From Pseudogymnoascus verrucosus (taxonomy: Eukaryota): a stretch of 64,000 nt of DNA. Location of the stretch: the NCBI GenBank assembly GCA_001662655.1, contig KV460206.1; one strand, written 5' to 3'. The notes beneath the pieces were generated by a model that had not been told where the DNA came from, did not search any database, and saw only the letters and a list, made by a program, of their open reading frames with translations. Shown in pieces: positions 59,752-64,000 of this stretch. How positions within the stretch are numbered: position 1 is the first letter of the stretch; the number at the start of each line of letters is the position of its first letter. Both the position numbers and the translations under genes were made by a program.

Positions 59752-60564
59752 ATGTCCTCTGGCTTTGTCTCCGGTGGCACGACAGACGCGCCCATCGAGC
59801 GCTCTGACGAATGGCTTGCGGCGCAGGTTGAGCTCGAAGCCAACCGCCGGCGCAAGGCCGACGAGGCAGCGGCGCAGAACTCTGGGCGCTCACTTTTCGA
59901 GACTCTCGAAGCTAACAAAGGTTTTTTTGCCCTCATTGCCCAGCCCTCACGTTTTGTACCGAGAGCTCCCAATGCTGATCACGTAGCCTGTCCCTAAGCT
60001 GCGAAACAAGACGCCTTTGAAGAAGCGAGCAGACTCAAGAACCAGTTCCGTGCGCTCGACAATGATGAGATTGACTTCTTAGACTCGGTCCTCGAGTCGA
60101 CGCGGGCGGAGGAAGCGCGTGTGAGGAAGGAGACGAATGAGGGGCTAGAGGTGTTCAGGAGGAGACAAGAAGAGCTGGATAAAGCGGCAAAGGGCGAGAC
60201 TGGTGCGGAAACTACTACAGCAGTTGCGGATGATGAGTGGGCTACGGCGGCTAAGAAGAGGAAACGAGGGAAGGAAGGAGCGCTCAAGGGGCTTAAGCTA
60301 AGGAAGGCATCATCGAGTGACTCGGCTACTGGCAAACAGGCAGGAGCGACAGAGGATCCCGGAACGGAAGGCGCGAGTGTCAAAGTCGAAACTCAGAAGG
60401 GAAAGAACGACCTAGCAAGTCCGCATAAAGGAGCCGAGGCCAAACCGACCATTGCGACAGCTACAGAGAAACTCCCGGTAAAGCCTACACCTGAGAAAGC
60501 AGTTGAGCCCAAACCGGCGCTCGGCTTGGTGGATTATGGCTCGGATGAGGATGATGATTGGTAG
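59752..60564 (+). CDS. FAM192A/NIP30/Fyv6-family splicing-associated protein (intron 59921-59998)
   Basis: MSSGFVSGG; SLFETLEANK|AAKQDAFEE...KNQFRALDNDEIDFL; C-terminal LGLVDYGSDEDDDW. Confidence 0.88.
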
Positions 60565-61386
60565 ATCCTGATACTCGATATTTTGTCGTTGGCGTTGCAA
60601 GGAATCTGGAAAATGGATGACTGACGGTTCGGAGCGCTGTATAATCTTCGGCGTTTGGTGGTGATACGGTATACGAGTAGAGGCAACAGAATGAGGCCAT
60701 AAAAAGCTTCAAAAAGTAGGGGTATTCATACTATAAACGTGTGAACCCCGAATTCTACTCCAGATTTTAAATTTTCGAAACTAAGATTACTTTATAAGCA
60801 CCCATTTAAACAGCAATATGTAGGATATCTGGATAATTTATGAGTTAATTAAATATCCATCGTCTTTCTATTCTACTTTATTTGTGCTGTCACTTCACGT
60901 ACGTTCGTGTGTCGCAAATCACGCGTTTTATTGATCGTCCTTGTCATCTTCTGTAGGGGTTCGCGGTCGTGGTTGCCCCGACGACCAACCTCAATTTACG
61001 GTCTAGAAGGCATCAGATCAGACCATTCTCCCGATTCGACTCTATTGAGACAACCACGGCTACGATTAACGATTAACGGACATATTTGAGATTCACGTCT
61101 ATTGAGCGCTATTTCCGCGAGAGTGTATATACTAGATTCCTCAGCAAGATACCCAACAGCATAGCGACCCACGGTTTGGTTCAGCGTTTCTTCTGCGCTT
61201 TCCGTCATTTCACTACTACTGCATGACGTCTGGCGTAAGTTTTGGCATCTTCTCCACTTGCCTTAGGCGGTTCTGTCGCTTCATAGCTAACCAAAGACCT
61301 ATATAGTCTGGGAGCTGCCCTCGAAAGCTTGAGTCCTGGTGACAAGCGGGTGTCAAAATACATAGTCAGGATCACAGTCAACAAAC

Positions 61387-63888
61387 ATGGGGGCCCTCGA
61401 TGCCCTGAACCCTTTGAAGGTGGCCAAGCGCCGGTCGTCAAATAATTACTCTGCGCTGCCCTTTCATGAATCATCACGCGCGAGAGACTCGATTGACTCG
61501 ATTGACTCGGAGAAACAAAACATTATTGATCATGACTACGAAGTTTCCAGCGACGACTATGATTCTTCATTGCCCATCTCTCCCGTTACAAGCTCTTCCA
61601 GAGACACTTCTGGGTCATATGACTCGGCCCAACCGATGATAAAGAGGAGGACAATCTTGCGGACGCGACAACGATGTTTTGCATATCGAGTGCCTCAGAG
61701 AATCATACGATACCTGTGCTTCTTGATTATGCTGGGAGTGCTTGCATTCATAGGCTTCTTAATCGCTATGAGCATCATAGACTCAAAGAAGTTGGAGGAC
61801 ATGGGGAACCATCGACCGGAAGGAGCTAAACAATGGGAGTCGTTTCCATTCTCGGTCCGATATTATGGCGGGATCAAGGCATTGGTGTCGCTGGCGAAGA
61901 ACAAGCCCGAATACCCCAGGGACCCTGAAGATGAGACGGAATTGTTGAACATCACAGAAGTTATGTCGTCCAAACTGGGCATTCCTTCCAGCAAACCGTA
62001 CAACCCGTATCCGGACTACAACTCGAGCGCGTACCTGCAGGAATACGTTCCAGTAAAGGAGTGCTTCCTTGACGCCAAGACCAATGCCAGGATCCCGCCT
62101 CTACGCTACTACGAGGGTAGGCCGGCTGGGTTCGCTGACCATATCATGGGCTCATACGATATGATGGGCTTGCCTGATGATATCTGTTTTGACAGGTATG
62201 GAAGACTTGGCCCTTACGGTCACGGCTACTCGTTGCGAAAGGGCGGGCTGGCAAGCGGTATGCATGGCGATATGGATGGAGCAGATCAAGTCTGGAGTGA
62301 AGTTCCACAGTACGATTTCACAAATGTCGACTGGGCCGAGGCACAGCTACGGTGTTCTATCTCCAACGCCAAACGCTTCAGATCAGGCGCTGGCGGTGTC
62401 ACCAGGAATAACAAGAGGGCAGAACCTGCTGCTAACGTTATTGCCCCTGTTACCACTACAGCTTCTGCGGATTCTACTTCTGCTACCGCCACGCAGCCCC
62501 ATGGAATTGGAGCAAAGCTCGTCCACAGAACTGCAGTTGTTATCCGCACGTGGGACGAATTTGTCTACCGCGAGGAGGACATTCTGTGGCTCCGCGGTCT
62601 CATTACCGAGCTATCATTGGGCTCTGGTGGTGAGTATGACATTCACCTTCTAGTGCAAGTCAAGGATGAATCGATCCCAGTCTTTGCCGACGAAGAAACT
62701 TACACGAAGCACCTCAAAGAGCGCGTCCCTGCAGAATTCCAAGGCATCGCAACGCTGTGGTCTGAGACCCAGATGGTGATGCTGTACAACGGCATGGAAG
62801 AGACGAACTTCCGCAACCTGCCAATCCACGGCGTATACCGCGGCCTAATCCAAGCACTGCAGTGGTTTGCCCAGAAACACCCTGAATACGACTTCTTCTG
62901 GCAGTGGGAGATGGACGTGCGATACACCGGCCACTGGTACAACCTCTTCCAAAAGATGGATACCTGGACGAAAGCACAACCCCGCAAGTTCCTTTGGGAG
63001 CGCAACAGCCGCTTTTACATCCCGGCCGTTCACGGCAGCTGGGAAGACTTCAGCCACATGGTGCGCGTTCAGACCGAGTCTGGCACCGACTCCCCCGGCA
63101 ACATCTGGTCGGGCCTAAACGAAGACGGCCAATCCGTCAACAACGGTCCCAAAGGCGACAAACCCATCTGGGGCCCCGAGCGCCCCCAGCATGCCGAGGA
63201 CTGGTTCGAGACCGAAAACGACCCCGTCCCCCCCCGCCTCTTCAAAGACGACAAGTACGAATGGGGCGTCGGCGAAGACGCCGATCTCATCACTCTCAAC
63301 CCGCTCTTCGACCCTGACTACACGACCTGGCTCCTCGCTGAGGATGTCACGGGATACAACCGCACCAACGGCCTCCCCCCGCGCCGTGCTTCCATCGTCA
63401 CCGCTAGCCGCCTTTCCCGCCGCCTACTCAACACCATGCACCGCGAGACGGCGATCAAGAAGCACCATGCCTTTCCCGAGATGTGGCCCGCGCAGGCGGC
63501 GCTAAATCACGGCTACAAGGCGGTATACGCGCCGCACCCGATGTTCGTGGATCGCGTGTGGCCGCTGCCGTACCTGGGTGCGACGATGAATAGTGGGCGC
63601 AACGGGGCGACGGGGGCGAGTAAGATGGGGATCTTTGGGGAGAGAGAACATAATTTGTTGGGGATGACGTGGTATTATAATTCTGGGTTTGCGGGGAACT
63701 TGTGGAGGAGGTGGATGGGGCTTAAGGTTGATGAGTTGGGGGGGGAGAAGATGGAGGTTGGGGAGGGGTCGGAGGGGAGGATGTGTGTCCCGCCTGTGCT
63801 GTTGCATCCGATTAAGGGGGTGGAGTTGCCGGTGGAGGAGGTGAGGGTTGATAAGGGGGGTGGGGATGCGATGGGGCCTGGGGCTTAA
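61387..63888 (+). CDS. DUF3405-family type II membrane protein
   Basis: Single N-terminal TM; CFDRYGRLGPYG; RTAVVIRTW; ELSLGSGGEY; YDFFWQWEMDVRYTG; EDADLITLNP; LLHPIK. Confidence 0.88.
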   Translation: MGALDALNPLKVAKRRSSNNYSALPFHESSRARDSIDSIDSEKQNIIDHDYEVSSDDYDSSLPISPVTSSSRDTSGSYDSAQPMIKRRTILRTRQRCFAYRVPQRIIRYLCFLIMLGVLAFIGFLIAMSIIDSKKLEDMGNHRPEGAKQWESFPFSVRYYGGIKALVSLAKNKPEYPRDPEDETELLNITEVMSSKLGIPSSKPYNPYPDYNSSAYLQEYVPVKECFLDAKTNARIPPLRYYEGRPAGFADHIMGSYDMMGLPDDICFDRYGRLGPYGHGYSLRKGGLASGMHGDMDGADQVWSEVPQYDFTNVDWAEAQLRCSISNAKRFRSGAGGVTRNNKRAEPAANVIAPVTTTASADSTSATATQPHGIGAKLVHRTAVVIRTWDEFVYREEDILWLRGLITELSLGSGGEYDIHLLVQVKDESIPVFADEETYTKHLKERVPAEFQGIATLWSETQMVMLYNGMEETNFRNLPIHGVYRGLIQALQWFAQKHPEYDFFWQWEMDVRYTGHWYNLFQKMDTWTKAQPRKFLWERNSRFYIPAVHGSWEDFSHMVRVQTESGTDSPGNIWSGLNEDGQSVNNGPKGDKPIWGPERPQHAEDWFETENDPVPPRLFKDDKYEWGVGEDADLITLNPLFDPDYTTWLLAEDVTGYNRTNGLPPRRASIVTASRLSRRLLNTMHRETAIKKHHAFPEMWPAQAALNHGYKAVYAPHPMFVDRVWPLPYLGATMNSGRNGATGASKMGIFGEREHNLLGMTWYYNSGFAGNLWRRWMGLKVDELGGEKMEVGEGSEGRMCVPPVLLHPIKGVELPVEEVRVDKGGGDAMGPGA

Positions 63889-64000
63889 AATTTGGGGAAG
63901 GGGGGTGTTGTTGTAATAATTGCTGTGTTTTTTGGATGGGATGGGATGGGCTGGAAGGAGTTTTGGGATGGGATAATGAATTGGATGGAAGGCGTTGGGG

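Overview
Eukaryotic, intron-containing DNA from a filamentous ascomycete. Gene style suggests a Leotiomycete such as Pseudogymnoascus, which is inference only. The left ~20 kb is accessory. It holds a putative copper-starvation module: a Ctr transporter, a spliced Cu/Zn-SOD-fold-like protein lacking metal ligands that the ORF track misses, a presequence-less Mn-SOD and a multi-pass membrane protein. The SOD promoter and the membrane-protein promoter share an exact 14-bp motif with a Mac1/CuRE-like core. The same arm also carries two divergent carboxylesterases, two 8-Cys secreted peptides (one frameshifted), an ABM protein, a 2EXR protein, a 5S rRNA 5' fragment, a tyrosinase-like protein and an OYE. 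The right ~43 kb is mostly housekeeping: VPS35, RPN13, RPL6, SFH1, RPL30, F-box-like, vWA, BTB-like, TRM11, a Zn2Cys6 TF, CWF19, GPN1, RPB12, TRP4, uL10m, PI-PLC, AKR, FAM192A/Fyv6 and DUF3405. No tRNA, CRISPR array or intact transposon was recognised. All exon boundaries were read by eye, and no database search was run.
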